64,000 bases of DNA from Eukaryota sp. TZLM1-RC (lineage: Eukaryota > Protista > Metamonada: BaSk clade), in assembly GCA_040285825.1 (NCBI GenBank), contig JAUPSS010000002.1, forward strand, positions 682,001-746,000, given 5' to 3'. Positions within the stretch are counted from its first letter, which is position 1. Every line of letters starts with the position of its first letter. The notes below the pieces were generated by a model. That model ran no database searches. It saw only the letters and a list, made by a program, of their open reading frames with translations, and was not told the origin of the DNA. Both the position numbers and the translations under genes were made by a program. Below, in pieces: positions 23,376 through 35,588 of this stretch.

Positions 23376-24498
23376 TTTTTGTTGTTTCTTTTTGAAATTT
23401 GTAAAGGAAATAAAAATGCTCACTACTACAAAACTTTATTGATATAGTCATTCTCTCACAAAAGAAGGAAAATTGACTTATTTGTCAATAAAGACTATGT
23501 ATGACTTGTGAAACACTGTTTTGTTTTGTGAATATATTTTGTGAATTGTACCCTTGCTTGTTCATTACACATATAATACATGTAGACTGTTGAACACCAT
23601 CATTGTGTGTCTTTAGATTTCAATGATTGTAAGGATTTTGTTTAACTAGAGCTCAATTGCATCAGAATCTAAATCATATAGGTCGTTCTTGAGAATAAAG
23701 TTACTTCTTGTCCAAAATTTTCTTGTGATATTAATGTGAACAAGTAAGGCCCATACAATTTTACTATTGATATTCATCCAAATATGAGATCTCCAATTAG
23801 TAGGAAAAAAGTAAAGATGACTTTTAAATGATAACAGGTGATATTTACTTGTGTATATAAAACTCGCATTAAACTCATCTACAATGATCTTCGAGCACAG
23901 AAAAGAACAACCACTACAAAAGCAAACAAACAAATGGAGAACCAATGACGAGTATACGGATAATGATCAGATCACTGAACTAGAGTATAGATAAAAGGAT
24001 GGCCGAATCTACATTCTGTGAAATAAGCACATACATAAAGCCTTTTCCCTACCACAAAACAAATTGATTCATTGTATGGACAGCTGTGAAAAGAGAACAG
24101 CAACTGTGTTAACCAATCGTTGATTGTGTTCAAAGTAAGTATATCACTAATCAGTTTTACTCAATGGATCATTTCAGAAAATCGGACACAACCGTGGAAG
24201 GGTTAGCGTCAAAGTGAAAATTGCGGAGCACAACAATCTTTTGGGGAAAGACAATTTTCATTTCAATCAAATTTCCAATCAAATCTCTTTGGATGCAGTT
24301 CTATGTTTGTGGAGAGAGCTTTGAACTTGTGAATTTTCACCTGTCGTACGTTATCAGTGAATCGTCATGCAGAATAAATTTCGTTATTCTTCATCTCCTG
24401 AATTTATAGCAATGCTTTAAAATCCATAAATGCATTGTTCCAAATCCGAATTTCATTCATTCAGAAAATAAAAGCCTATTCTACTAACTCTCAGTAAA

Positions 24499-24937
24499 AT
24501 GGCAAGAACTAAACAAACTTCTCGTAAAACTACCTCCACCAAGACACCAAGAAAGCATTTGGCTTCCAAAGCTGCTCGCAAGGCCGCACCCACTACTGGT
24601 GGTATCAAGAAGCCTCATCGCTATCGTCCTGGTACCGTTGCCCTTCGTGAAATCAGAAAGTTCCAAAAGTCAACCGAACTCCTGATCCGTAAACTCCCAT
24701 TTCAACGTCTAGTGAGAGAGATTGCCCAAGAGTTTGGAAATGAAGTATGGTATCGATATTTGACTCTAATTTCAGTTAAGGTTTCAACAAAACGCTATTT
24801 CTGCTCTTCAAGAAGCTGCCGAAGCTTATCTTGTTGGTGTTTTTGAAGACACTAACCTGTGTGCAATCCATGCTAAAAGAGTCACAATTATGCCAAAGGA
24901 TATGGCCCTTGCCATGCGAATTCGTAATGACTTTTAG
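24499..24937 (+). CDS. H3: Histone H3 (135 aa), 31-nt intron at 24745-24775
   Basis: [15 protein letters not shown]. Removing GTATGG...CTAATTTCAG restores [34 protein letters not shown]. Confidence 0.97.
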
Positions 24938-25210
24938 AATAGTGTATATTCTTAGACCAATTTTTGTGTTTATAAACGCAAATGAAAACACTATACTTCT
25001 GAATCAAGAGATACTGATAAAGGTACAAGATCAACAAAATATGTATACAATAACAATTCAACTACTTACTTAGTACTTTATTCGAGTCCTTTTTATTTAA
25101 AAATTTAAAAACTGAAAAAAATTACAGAGAATAACCACTAAAATAAAGGGGTACACAAAGTACCCATTCCAAAATGCAAAATCGACACGACCAATGATGA
25201 TGTAAACAAA

Positions 25211-25750
25211 TTACTTGCATACACCACAGTTACTGACAACCAACCGATTTTCTGAAGAACCATCCAGTCCTTGAAGTTTTTCCAACCATATTAAATCAGA
25301 AAGACAGCGATCTGTAAGACGACCAAAAACGCAATGTCGACCATCAAGCCATTCACACTTTCCGAAAGTGATTATGAATTGTGAGTCATTTTTGTCAGGA
25401 CCCTGGTTGTATGTAGCTAGTAAACCTCGTTTATTGTGTGAGCTGGTAAGGTTTTCGTCATTCAAATACCCCGAAGGTTCCAGACAAAAGGACCCTGAGC
25501 CGTTGTTCCTTTGAATATCACCACAAATAGCGAAGTGCCCAGGAATAATTCGGAAAAAACGACAATTTCGGTAAGATTTGAACGAGCCATTGTGTTGAAC
25601 ACCTTTACAAAGACTGATGAAATGTGAAGTTAGTTTAGGACAATCACCTGTGAAGAGTTCGAATTCTAGACGAAGAGACTGTGGAAATGTTGTGTCAAGA
25701 TTGGTGGTATCAAGTGAAAGTTCTAGAAACACCTTGGAACAAGATTCCAT
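25211..25750 (-). CDS. Cyclophilin-type PPIase domain protein (divergent)
   Basis: FELF..CPK..F..LC, FFRIIPG, DEN...H...GLL, SQFIIT, WLDGRHCVFG. Confidence 0.9.
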   Translation of the reverse strand: MESCSKVFLELSLDTTNLDTTFPQSLRLEFELFTGDCPKLTSHFISLCKGVQHNGSFKSYRNCRFFRIIPGHFAICGDIQRNNGSGSFCLEPSGYLNDENLTSSHNKRGLLATYNQGPDKNDSQFIITFGKCEWLDGRHCVFGRLTDRCLSDLIWLEKLQGLDGSSENRLVVSNCGVCK

Positions 25751-26433
25751 ACAAAGGATTTTTAGGGGTAAAGGGACTGAGTATTTTGAAGTAAAAGATT
25801 TATCTTCAAATCATCTCGTTTACAAATAAAATCTGTTTTAGATTCCTTTGAAAAGTCTATGTGTTTAATGATAATTAATTCAACGTTAAACAAATCTAAA
25901 TAATTCATTTCTAGTGTGTCCCGGCTGGACCTGAATTGTTCAATTAATGTGGGTTTAAATAGAATAGAATTCAGAGTTTGTGATGTTATTATTACATACA
26001 GAGTAGGTCATAATGAAGATCAAAATTATGTCATTGTCTTTAAATGTCAGAATTCCAAATTTTCCAAAATGGAACTCTCAGGGGTCAGCAGTGATGAAAT
26101 TTTCAATCACGTGATCCCTGCTGGTCAGTGGGTAGTTCATTATTTTCTTTCCTCACATCAACTAAACTTTCATTATTTCTGATGGCATTTTCTACCTGAT
26201 CTTGACTGAAATTTTCTAGTTGTTCAGAGTAATGAATCGTTTTCAATAATGTTGAACTCAAATGATACCAAATTCAAATTGTTAATGTTTGATGAATTTT
26301 TCTCCTTGGTTCTTCAACGTACTTCTGTTTAATGTTTTTGTTTGATTGTTACTGTTTCTGTTAATAATTCATATCATTTTACCAAAAGGAAAATAGTTTT
26401 GTAAACAAAAATCTTTTTTTTTCCGAAAAATAT

Positions 26434-28245
26434 TTTTTTTTAAACTAGAATATTTTTATTCAACAACAAATATGAAATACACAATTAAAACTCCACATCC
26501 TCAAAACCTGCCTCCCCTACATCAAAACAATTAATTGCTAAAGATTCAGAAAATTTCCCAAAAGAAGATAGTGAATCAGAAATTAGTGTTACCATTCCCT
26601 TAAAAATAGAAAATACAATCCTGTTTTGCCAGTAAACACGATTGAAAATTCTTCCAGTTCTTTCCTTTACAACTACAACAAAATCCTCAAGGAAAGCCAT
26701 AGCAGCCTTACCTAGAGATCCAAGCAAAGAAAAAACAAATGGACATAAATTATATTGGGCATGAGAATTTTCATTAACCGAGGAAATGGGTTTCGCATAT
26801 TTAGCAATTTTATATTTTTCGCCTGCAAGAAGAGGATTATTTACATCCGAGTTAATGAAATGTTCGTTAGAGGAATTACAAGGGTCAATAGACATGGCGT
26901 CCAAAATAGTAAAACTACCATTTAAACCGGGAACAACTAGATCACCTCTAGTCAAACCCATAGAAGCTCTGTTGTAACGCGTACTATCAATATTGGGATC
27001 ATCAAGAATTAATTTTGATAACAGAGGTTCTAAAAAGGAATCTACACGATGTGATTTGCACATTACATAAATTTGGTCCCTGACGTTATTATGCACTTTG
27101 CTTCTATACGTAATGAAATGTTTACAGTTCAAAAGATGAGTAAACGAAAGAGGTTTACCACATTTACAAGTTAAATGATTGGGCAAATTGTTTGGCCACA
27201 AAAAACAACGAAAACGCATGTTTAAAAGCCATTCATTGTCTTTTAGCAAAAGTCCATAAACAGAGGGAACTTGAGTTACTAAAGCAGCAGCAGAACTATC
27301 ACGAATATCCTTTAAAAAATTACCGAAAGCGGGATTTTTAGTTTTGGCCAAGCCAAGTCTTACTTCATAATCCAAGCCTTCATATAATTTAACCAGATGG
27401 TGCTGAAGCTTTTTCAAGCAAAAACGTAAATTTGGAAGTGATCGAGTGGGAATTTCTTGAACGTTTTGAGGAAAACACTGAATCCAGATATCACTAGGCA
27501 AATTTTCTAATTCAAATTGCAGTTGATTCAAGTAAAAATTTGATTCACCATTGATCAGATGAACATCAAAAGGGAACCTTTGGAAAAATTCAAAAACAAA
27601 ATTTTTACCACCTCCCAAAAATGCTGCTTTACACAGAATCGAAGATTTGGTGAATCCAATACCACCCAAATCTGCTGAACAAAATACATGACTTCGAATT
27701 AAAGATTCATTTACTTCTAATAAAGAAGAAAAAAATTTGACTCGAAGTTTGTTAAAAGATCTGCAAAAATTGAGAGATACCGAAGGGGAGTTGACCTTAA
27801 AATATGAGTGAATTTTCCAGAATAACAAATTTTTAAAATAAAAAAATTTGATGTGTTTCTCAATGTCACATTCAGCGATAAAACTAAGATCCTTGTCAAA
27901 CTTCTCCAATAAATTGTTTAACTGGGAATAAATTTCATCCAAATTGCCAAGCCAACATCCAAGAAACTTAAAAGCTTGTTGGTCATAATTGATAAAAGGA
28001 ATCTGAGCTCCACCAATCATCAAAGATTGTTTTTCTCTACCAATCAAGAGACATTTAGATGGGTTCAAAGCTAAACCAATTTCTTTGTATTTCGCCGCAA
28101 TGTCTTCAGAAACCCTAGAAATGCTTTCAAAAGAACCAATAATAGAAATGTCATCCATATAGGCAACAATACGCAAATCAGGGAAATCTTGTTGTGTCAT
28201 TTTAATAATATTATGAATAGCCAAACAAAACAGCAAAAATAATAA
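26434..28245 (-). mobile_element. 5'-truncated CRE-like RLE non-LTR retrotransposon with poly(A) and a 14-bp TSD
   Basis: RT AYMDD..FKFLG, zinc knuckle and RLE. T-run at about 26433-26441. TSD TTTCCGAAAAATAT at 26420-26433 and 28246-28259. Confidence 0.93.
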
Positions 28246-28924
28246 TTTCCGAAAAATATGATTAAAAAATAAATATGAAAAATATGATTACTATAGTTGA
28301 CCAAAGTAGATTCTTTTTCAGGATTGCGTTTTATTATTCTTCTAATAAAACTACATGACATAAGACCGAATAGAATGTAAAATTGAAAACTTACAAAATC
28401 TCAATTTAAAGCCAACACAATACACTGATGATCAAAATTCAATGTTATTCGGATATTTATCAATTAATAAAAGGCCATTTGAAGTAATTGGAATATTAAA
28501 ATTAATTGAAGTTGATGATTAAAAGATTGATGAACTTGATGGATATGAATGGTATGATGAACCATTTAAAATAATCGTTCCAATCAATTGATATATATTT
28601 GAGAAACATGGTGTTTTGGAATTTTATGAAATGAATCATTCTGAAAAATTGCACGAGAAATTAAAAATATATCTTGGAGTATCAAATTATAAAAAAGCCA
28701 AACAGAATGCAATTCTAATAATTTTAATAATTAAAACCAAACTTCCATTCGAAAATCCTCGGGAATTACACGGCTGAGTACACTCTTATGACAATTGCAA
28801 AATTCTATCAAATTCTATATTCATTGATGAAAAAATTGAAATTGGTAGAAATGTTGTTGAATTTCAATTACAATGGAATGAAGCAATCTATGGTGACCAT
28901 TATTCAGATGATTTTTTTTCAATG

Positions 28925-29075
28925 TTTTTTTTAATTAAAAACCTATAAATCAACATCTAAATTATCCATCTCTCCCAAAACAAAAACACTAGCTGCAACT
29001 CTCTAATAGTGAAATCCAAAAGAAAGCAATTATTTAGATGCTGAACACATAATGTCTTAAAATTGACCATGTTTG
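28925..29075 (-). mobile_element. Short 3'-end remnant of a CRE-like element (as 49670-49800)
   Basis: aacctataaatcaacatctaaa..ccatctctcccaaaacaaaaacact is shared with 31340 and 49680. Confidence 0.65.
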
Positions 29076-30758
29076 GTGGGGTTCAAATAAATTACCATAT
29101 TATACCATTTCAAAACATGATATTTATAGGTTTTTACCTGATAACTTAAAAGATGATTATATAGCTCAAGTGAATTTCAATGATTAACTGTGATGTACCA
29201 GAACATAAAGAACGAGTTGAAATATGATGTTTTTCAAAAGTGTCTTGTTAAACAATTGAAGAATTTTCCCAATGTTTTCGTTTGATTGGCAAATCTCCAC
29301 ATTCATTCCTGTGTTTTTAAGATTTGCTCTACATTCATTTTATGTTGAAAACAATTCACACAAGCTCGCACTGAGAGTGAATCTTATAAATTAGTGCTGT
29401 ATTTTCACGAAAATGATCCTACTTAACAAGATGGTAGTTTATTTTGATAAAATATTTTAAAAATAGTTGCTTGTAGTTAGGATGGTGAAAATTTCATTGT
29501 TGAATAAAACAATGGATATTTTTTATGTGCAATGTATCAAAAGATTGTGGACCCACAACCAATCCCTGAAGACAGATTTTGGGAATACAGATTAGAAAAT
29601 AGTCAATCAATAGATAATCAATCAATAATCACAAAATGATTATCGACAACATATCAACTTTAAAAAAATATTTCAACACATTTTATACTTATTCTCCAAC
29701 TAAAATGATTCACGTGTTCCTCGAATATATTTTCATTGAATGTTATCCTAAAAATAAATTTTACGTTGAAGTTGCCGAAGAAACAACACATGGCCCAGAA
29801 TTTTTTTATTAATATTTTAAGGTTTTACACCAATGTTACATTCCACGAAACTGCACTTGAAGAAAGTGAAACTGTGGAATTTTGCGTTCAGTTGTATAAT
29901 GAATCAATCCTTAATTATTCATTTTTATACTTTTCATTATATAATAACTTTTTGTATGCAAATGTATGACACTTGAATGCTTGTCACTATCAACGCAATC
30001 AGAGAAAACACTTGAAGATCTTTGTAGAAAATTAAAATGTTTTATCATATCTTTAGATTACGACACAACAAAAATGGAAATACTAGGATCATTACAAGCA
30101 TCGTCTAAAACCTTGAAACAATGTTCGTTATTGATTTATGAAGGTAGTTAGGATCATTAAATTTTAAGAATGTAGAATTATTATATTATTATTATTATTT
30201 GACATCAATTTTTGAATAACAAAGCACATCCAATTTTTCTAATTGACCCCAATTGAACAATTACTCTTATCGAGATCAGAAGAGAATATTTGTTTTACAA
30301 AGACCTGATGCAAGTGCTATTCCAAGTTGAGTAAAAACTTCCGAACCAATTGAAAGAAACAGTGAGGAATGAGTAACAATTCAAAATTAAATAGTTTTTG
30401 TTAAACTACAACACTTAATAACTACAATCAGACCTACTGGGACTAAAATTAGGGAACCAAGATTTTCGCTACAAAATCTTGATCTGCTTGCTCTCTGGCC
30501 ATCTCCTGTTCGATGAATGAACCGAGATAATATATCAATTACGCTCAGTTGAACTAGTAAGCTCTATACAGAGATAACAAAAGTTTTCATTGTGTTTTCT
30601 TGAATAAATTTTTGGATATCATTCAAACTAAATTATTGAATACATTAAATGAATCAATTCAATGAAATTGATAAAAAAAACTTAATAGAATCTCAAAGCG
30701 CAATTAATGGATGAGTGTTTTGATTATCTGTGATGAGGGTTTTTCAAGGTAAATGTAA

Positions 30759-30853
30759 TGAGATTTTTTGATGTAGATACATGCTAGTGAAATTTTTAGT
30801 GAGATTTATTGATGTAGATACATGCTAGAGAAATTTTTAATGAGATTTATTGA
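30759..30853. repeat. 41-bp tandem duplication (2.3 units)
   Basis: tgagatt(t/a)ttgatgtagatacatgctag(t/a)gaaattttta at 30759 and 30800, partial at 30841. Confidence 0.85.
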
Positions 30854-31324
30854 AATGAAGACCATAATAAATTTGTTCACTAATTATATTCACACCTTTT
30901 TTCAATTCTTTTTGCATCAGTTAATTACATTCAAAAATTTTGCAGCATATTTGATGTGTATCACCATTGAAATTGTGTCCCAACCATTTTGAAAAACTAC
31001 TTGTTCCGAAAGTTTTGTCCAAAATAGATTTTTTTAAAAAAGTAACCATGTAATGAATAAAAATAACGGAAACACTGACTGTAAATCCAAAAGCAAGATT
31101 GAAGAGCATTATTTTGACTATTTGAATAATTTTGATGATTCTTTTGATGAAAAATTACCTATGTACTTGTTAAGGGATGATTATATTGATGCGACCTTCT
31201 TAGTCTAAAAAAATTATGTGATTCTAATTTTTGAAAGTTTACTGTAACATTAGCTACTGCACTGGAGTAATTTCAAAATCATGGAAAAGTGTCAATATTT
31301 TCAGGTATATTTGAAATCAATTTT

Positions 31325-31510
31325 TTTAATAATTGGTGTTTATTAAACAACCTATAAATCAACATCTCAATACACCATCTCTCCAAAAACAAAACAACTA
31401 CATGCAACTCTCTCGTAGTAAGATTCAGGAGAAAGCAAAGCATCAGAAACATCCCCTTAAAAATTCAAAATCATTGGAGATTAAAATGGAAAACTACAAA
31501 ATTTCAAAGA
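31325..31510 (-). mobile_element. Short 3'-end remnant of a CRE-like element
   Basis: Homologous to 49675-49830. Confidence 0.65.
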
Positions 31511-31568
31511 ATAAGTGATTACTTTTGTAATTCAACACTTATTACAAGTGATCATAATGGCAAATGAT

Positions 31569-32297
31569 ATTGATCTATCCAATTATGAACCATTTGATGA
31601 GCAACAACAAAGGATGGATTTAAGCAGCAGTATAATTAATCAAATGACTGAAAGAACAATTAGTTTATTAGGAGGTGAAGTACCTCAAGAAATCAATATT
31701 CCCCAAGAAATTTATAACTCATTAAATTTGAGTAACAATAATCAAAAAACTAAATCCGTAGCAGAATAAGGAGCAACTGTATCCCAATTCAATTCCAAAA
31801 GCTGCAGGTTTGATAGATTTATGGAGTATATTAAACAAAAGGAAAACACATGAAATTCAAAAAACCTACCAAGAGAAAAGGTTTGAGAATTCTATTCAAA
31901 AAGGCTGGTTATAAGGTCTTTTTAATTGATGAGTTTCGAACCAGTTGCTGTTGTTTCACCTGTAAGAAAGCGGAGAAAACAGTTGAAACATTCCGATGGT
32001 GCAGAAATCTAAGGCCATGGAATATGCACGAGATGTCTACTCGTTACGGGCTGACCATGTGTGACTCATGTGAAAGTATTTGGAATAGAGATCGAAATGC
32101 TGTGCTGAATACGTTGGCAGTGATGGAAGTACATGTAAAAGGTGGAGATAGACCGGTATACCTGCAGAGAGCCAATGTTGATGAATGTTCAAAGAAAAAG
32201 GTGTCAAGCAGAAAATCTTCCACTTCTCAAAAACTAAGTCCCTCAACATCCCAGATACAAGACACTTAATCCATTCCTATAGACAATATCTGTAAGA
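31569..32297 (+). pseudogene. Fanzor1 copy 2 (3' part, internal deletion), ending at the MNS1 ATG
   Basis: Matches 8375-8100 then 7927-7470 of copy 1; retains DEFRTS, the zinc finger and NRDRNA. Confidence 0.9.
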
Positions 32298-33758
32298 ATG
32301 GTATCTGCACGTACTCTTTACCAACGCCAAATTCATCAAGCCAGAGAACGTGATATTCAAGAACAAACCTACTCTACTTATGTCAATTCTCACTATGGAA
32401 CCATCGCCAATGCTTCTTCAGATTCACGAACTGAATTCCTCCGTAATACCCGTCATCGTCAACAAATGGAAAAAGAGAAGCAACTCTATGACACTATTCT
32501 CGAGGCCGAGCGACGTCGTGTCTACGCTGAACAACTCAAGCAGCAAGAAGAAGCCCTAGCTCTTGAACTTGCCCGTGAAAAACGCAAAGAACAAGCAGAT
32601 GTGAAGTTAAGACAGAAACTTCGCCAGGAATCTGATGAACTTCGAGATTTGGAAGCTAAACTGAACCAGGCTGCAGTAGTCAAGGAAGTTCAAGATCAAA
32701 TATCATTAATCAAACAGAAACAACATGACCTTGCACGTGAAGCTGCTGAGGAAGCTGAGCGTGAACGAGAAGCACTGAAAGCGTTAGAGGAAAGAGACCG
32801 GGAGCTTCAACACCAGAATAGACTTCGGGAATTTGAACACAAAGCTGATCTTTCCCATCAAATCAATGATAGGGACTACCATCTTAGAGAAGAGCAAGAG
32901 CGACAACGTAGGGAGGAAGATGAGATGGTCAAGGCCATTATGGACAGGATACGGAAAGAAGACGAAGAAGCTAGAAGGAAGGAAGAAGAAAAGCAAGAAC
33001 AGATGCAAATGTTTCTATCCTGTCATGCTGAGGCTGTTAGGGTCAAGAGAGAGCAAGAAGTTCAACAAGAAAAAGAAGAAGAACGGAAGAGAATGGAGTA
33101 TTTGGCTAAGGTCGAGGAAGAAGAACAACAGCGAGCTGAATTGAGGCGAAAGGAAGCAGCCCAGTACGATGAACTTGTGCAGAAGCTGGCTGAGGATGCA
33201 AAGAGAAGACAGCAAGAAAGAGAAGAATATCTAGAGGCCGTGCAACTATTAAGAGAAGAAGAGGCTGCTGCAAAAGCTAAGCAAGAAGAACTGGAACAGT
33301 TACAAAAAACAGTTCAGAGGAGAAAGGAAATGAGAGAGTCATTGGAGGAAGCTCGCAAGGTTAAGCAACAGAGGATGGCTTTGGAGAGGGAAGAAGAAGA
33401 GAGAATCACTAGGATGATGGTTCAGAAGTTCAAAGAGGATGAGGAAATTGAAAGGAAAAAGGAAGAAGAGCGAAGGAGAAAGGAGTTTGAACACTTTGAA
33501 GAGATGGCAAGGCTACAGCAAGTTAAGAAGGAAATTCTGGAAGCAGAGAGGCAGAAGTTGGCTGAAGAGCAGGAAAAGGAAAGGAGATCAGAAGAGATCA
33601 AGAGACAAATTATTCAGGAAGAAAGGCAAAAATTGATTGCTCAACATGCTCATATCCTTTCTCAAGGAGTGTTACCAAAGGGAACTCTGAAGAATGAAGA
33701 AGAGCGACGATTTGTTTTGTCACTCTTACCGGAACATTTAAGAAAAGGTTTTGAATAA
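32298..33758 (+). CDS. MNS1: Meiosis-specific nuclear structural protein 1 (TPH coiled-coil axonemal protein)
   Basis: ESDELRDLEAKL and the C-terminal IIQEERQKLIAQHA..LPKG; 486-aa E/R/K/Q coiled coil. Confidence 0.8.
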   Translation: MVSARTLYQRQIHQARERDIQEQTYSTYVNSHYGTIANASSDSRTEFLRNTRHRQQMEKEKQLYDTILEAERRRVYAEQLKQQEEALALELAREKRKEQADVKLRQKLRQESDELRDLEAKLNQAAVVKEVQDQISLIKQKQHDLAREAAEEAEREREALKALEERDRELQHQNRLREFEHKADLSHQINDRDYHLREEQERQRREEDEMVKAIMDRIRKEDEEARRKEEEKQEQMQMFLSCHAEAVRVKREQEVQQEKEEERKRMEYLAKVEEEEQQRAELRRKEAAQYDELVQKLAEDAKRRQQEREEYLEAVQLLREEEAAAKAKQEELEQLQKTVQRRKEMRESLEEARKVKQQRMALEREEEERITRMMVQKFKEDEEIERKKEEERRRKEFEHFEEMARLQQVKKEILEAERQKLAEEQEKERRSEEIKRQIIQEERQKLIAQHAHILSQGVLPKGTLKNEEERRFVLSLLPEHLRKGFE

Positions 33759-34384
33759 TGGATTAGTTCGTTGTATTATATTTCTGGGTCTGTTTTGATG
33801 TTTTTAAGAAATAAATTAAGCATTGTTTTTACTGTGGTTTTCACTTTGGTTGCATTTTGGTGTAATTTTTTTTCACCAACCAGATCGATCTTGCACCAAC
33901 GTCTGGTTTCTCCCTACGACATCTATGGGCCTTAGTTTTCAACTTTTTCTTAATGGTGTAGACCTAAAACACAGAAAACCTAGAACACACAGTTCAGGAG
34001 GTTCTTTGCATAATAACGTGCCAATAATGTTCAAATAAACATGATTGTCTTTGTCAAATGACGGTACATGTCTCTTACAGCCTGTGAGTAGACATTGAGA
34101 AAGTTGAAAACAGGAGTAAATTTCACAGATGAATGTATGATAAGTGAAATTCACAGTAAAGATCAGTACAATTTCAAAATGTTGTTTCAAATTTTCTTGT
34201 GCCCTTCTTTTTGTAAAAAATCAAAGAAGCAAGAAGTTACAAGAAACTAATTATTCCAAAAACATTATCGAAAAGACTATTTATCACTCTCCATAGTAAT
34301 TAACTACAATAAAAAGTTAAACCAAAACAACGAAAAAACTCCCTGCAAAATACAATTAATATACAAATAAATCAAGAAGCTACT

Positions 34385-35128
34385 CTACCTTCTTCTAAAT
34401 CCTCCACTGGATGACACACCAGGAGGAAGTTCCTCGTCATAGGCAGATGGTGGAGGATAGGCCGCGGGTCGTTCGTAGCGGGTTCGAGTTGGTGTGACCT
34501 GTTGAGGCTTTCTAAACCTAGCCGCAACACGGAAATCAGCCTGACGCTGACAATATAATCGAAAGGTGTCCTCTGTAAAACCATAGTTAAAGTAATCAGA
34601 CATATCAGCCCCAGGACGACGCCAAGCCTTTTCAGGATCCTGGTCTATATCAAAATCATAGATACTACGATCCATACCAGGCATCATTGGTGGTTTGTAC
34701 TCATCCGGGACAGGTGCTGCAAGTGCATTTGCAATGATTTCTTTTCCTTTAGTCCATGCAACTTCATCACCGCCCTTATTGCTGATAACACGTACAGGAA
34801 TAGACGTGATTGGAACAAGGTGGGAACTGTCATGCTGTTCCCTGGTATGAGCAGGAGGCTTTTCCTCAATTTGTTGTATGTGTTTAGCTACAAGATCCTG
34901 TTTTAACAAAATCATAAAGTCTTCATCTTCTGAAGGTTCAAAGTATTCTAAAGGACTTTCCTCTCCATCCTGGACTTCAGGAGGCGATGAAACCAGAGCA
35001 GTGTTGGTAGAAATAATGTCTGAATCAGGAACAGATGTAACGGTTTCTGCTTCTGGCACAGCTGAGGTAACTTCTTTTTCTTCCTCAGATGGACCCGCAC
35101 CAAATAATTCCTCATAAAGATCAGACAT
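34385..35128 (-). CDS. FIP1: Pre-mRNA 3'-processing factor FIP1
   Basis: Fip1 motif KAWRRPGADMSDYFNYGFTEDTFRLYC. Confidence 0.93.
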   Translation of the reverse strand: MSDLYEELFGAGPSEEEKEVTSAVPEAETVTSVPDSDIISTNTALVSSPPEVQDGEESPLEYFEPSEDEDFMILLKQDLVAKHIQQIEEKPPAHTREQHDSSHLVPITSIPVRVISNKGGDEVAWTKGKEIIANALAAPVPDEYKPPMMPGMDRSIYDFDIDQDPEKAWRRPGADMSDYFNYGFTEDTFRLYCQRQADFRVAARFRKPQQVTPTRTRYERPAAYPPPSAYDEELPPGVSSSGGFRRR

Positions 35129-35588
35129 GGTATTATTTCAATCAAGTTGAGTAGGTGAGGAAATTCAACTACCAATATTTTCTTTCCCTATATTTTCAAG
35201 AGCCTCTACAGGATTATGCTTAGTTTTTTGAACCAACGTGTCATTTGCAACATTACAGGAAACAAAATTATAGGTTTTAATGAATAAAATTTAAAGAATA
35301 TAGGATGCTTTCACCACAAACCTTCAACAATAGCAGCCATTTACATTTTCCTGTTGGTCCATCCTACTTACTAAAGTTTTACTGTCTTTATTAATAGCAA
35401 TTATATATTTACGAACAAATACTTGCCTGGCCAACCCAGCACAAATAGTTAATACAAGAAATAGAAGATGTGTAGACAATATAGATACTTAAACAGAAGA
35501 TGCTTGTTGGTATTGTGAAACAACGTCTAGTGATACTGTTGCCTGAAGACCATCTGTACTGTTAAAAAGATTGGACATAAAAGAAACG

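Noticed and set aside
32350-33636. Short overlapping or antisense ORFs within MNS1 and other long genes
   Set aside because: Shadow frames of biased coding sequence with no independent motifs.
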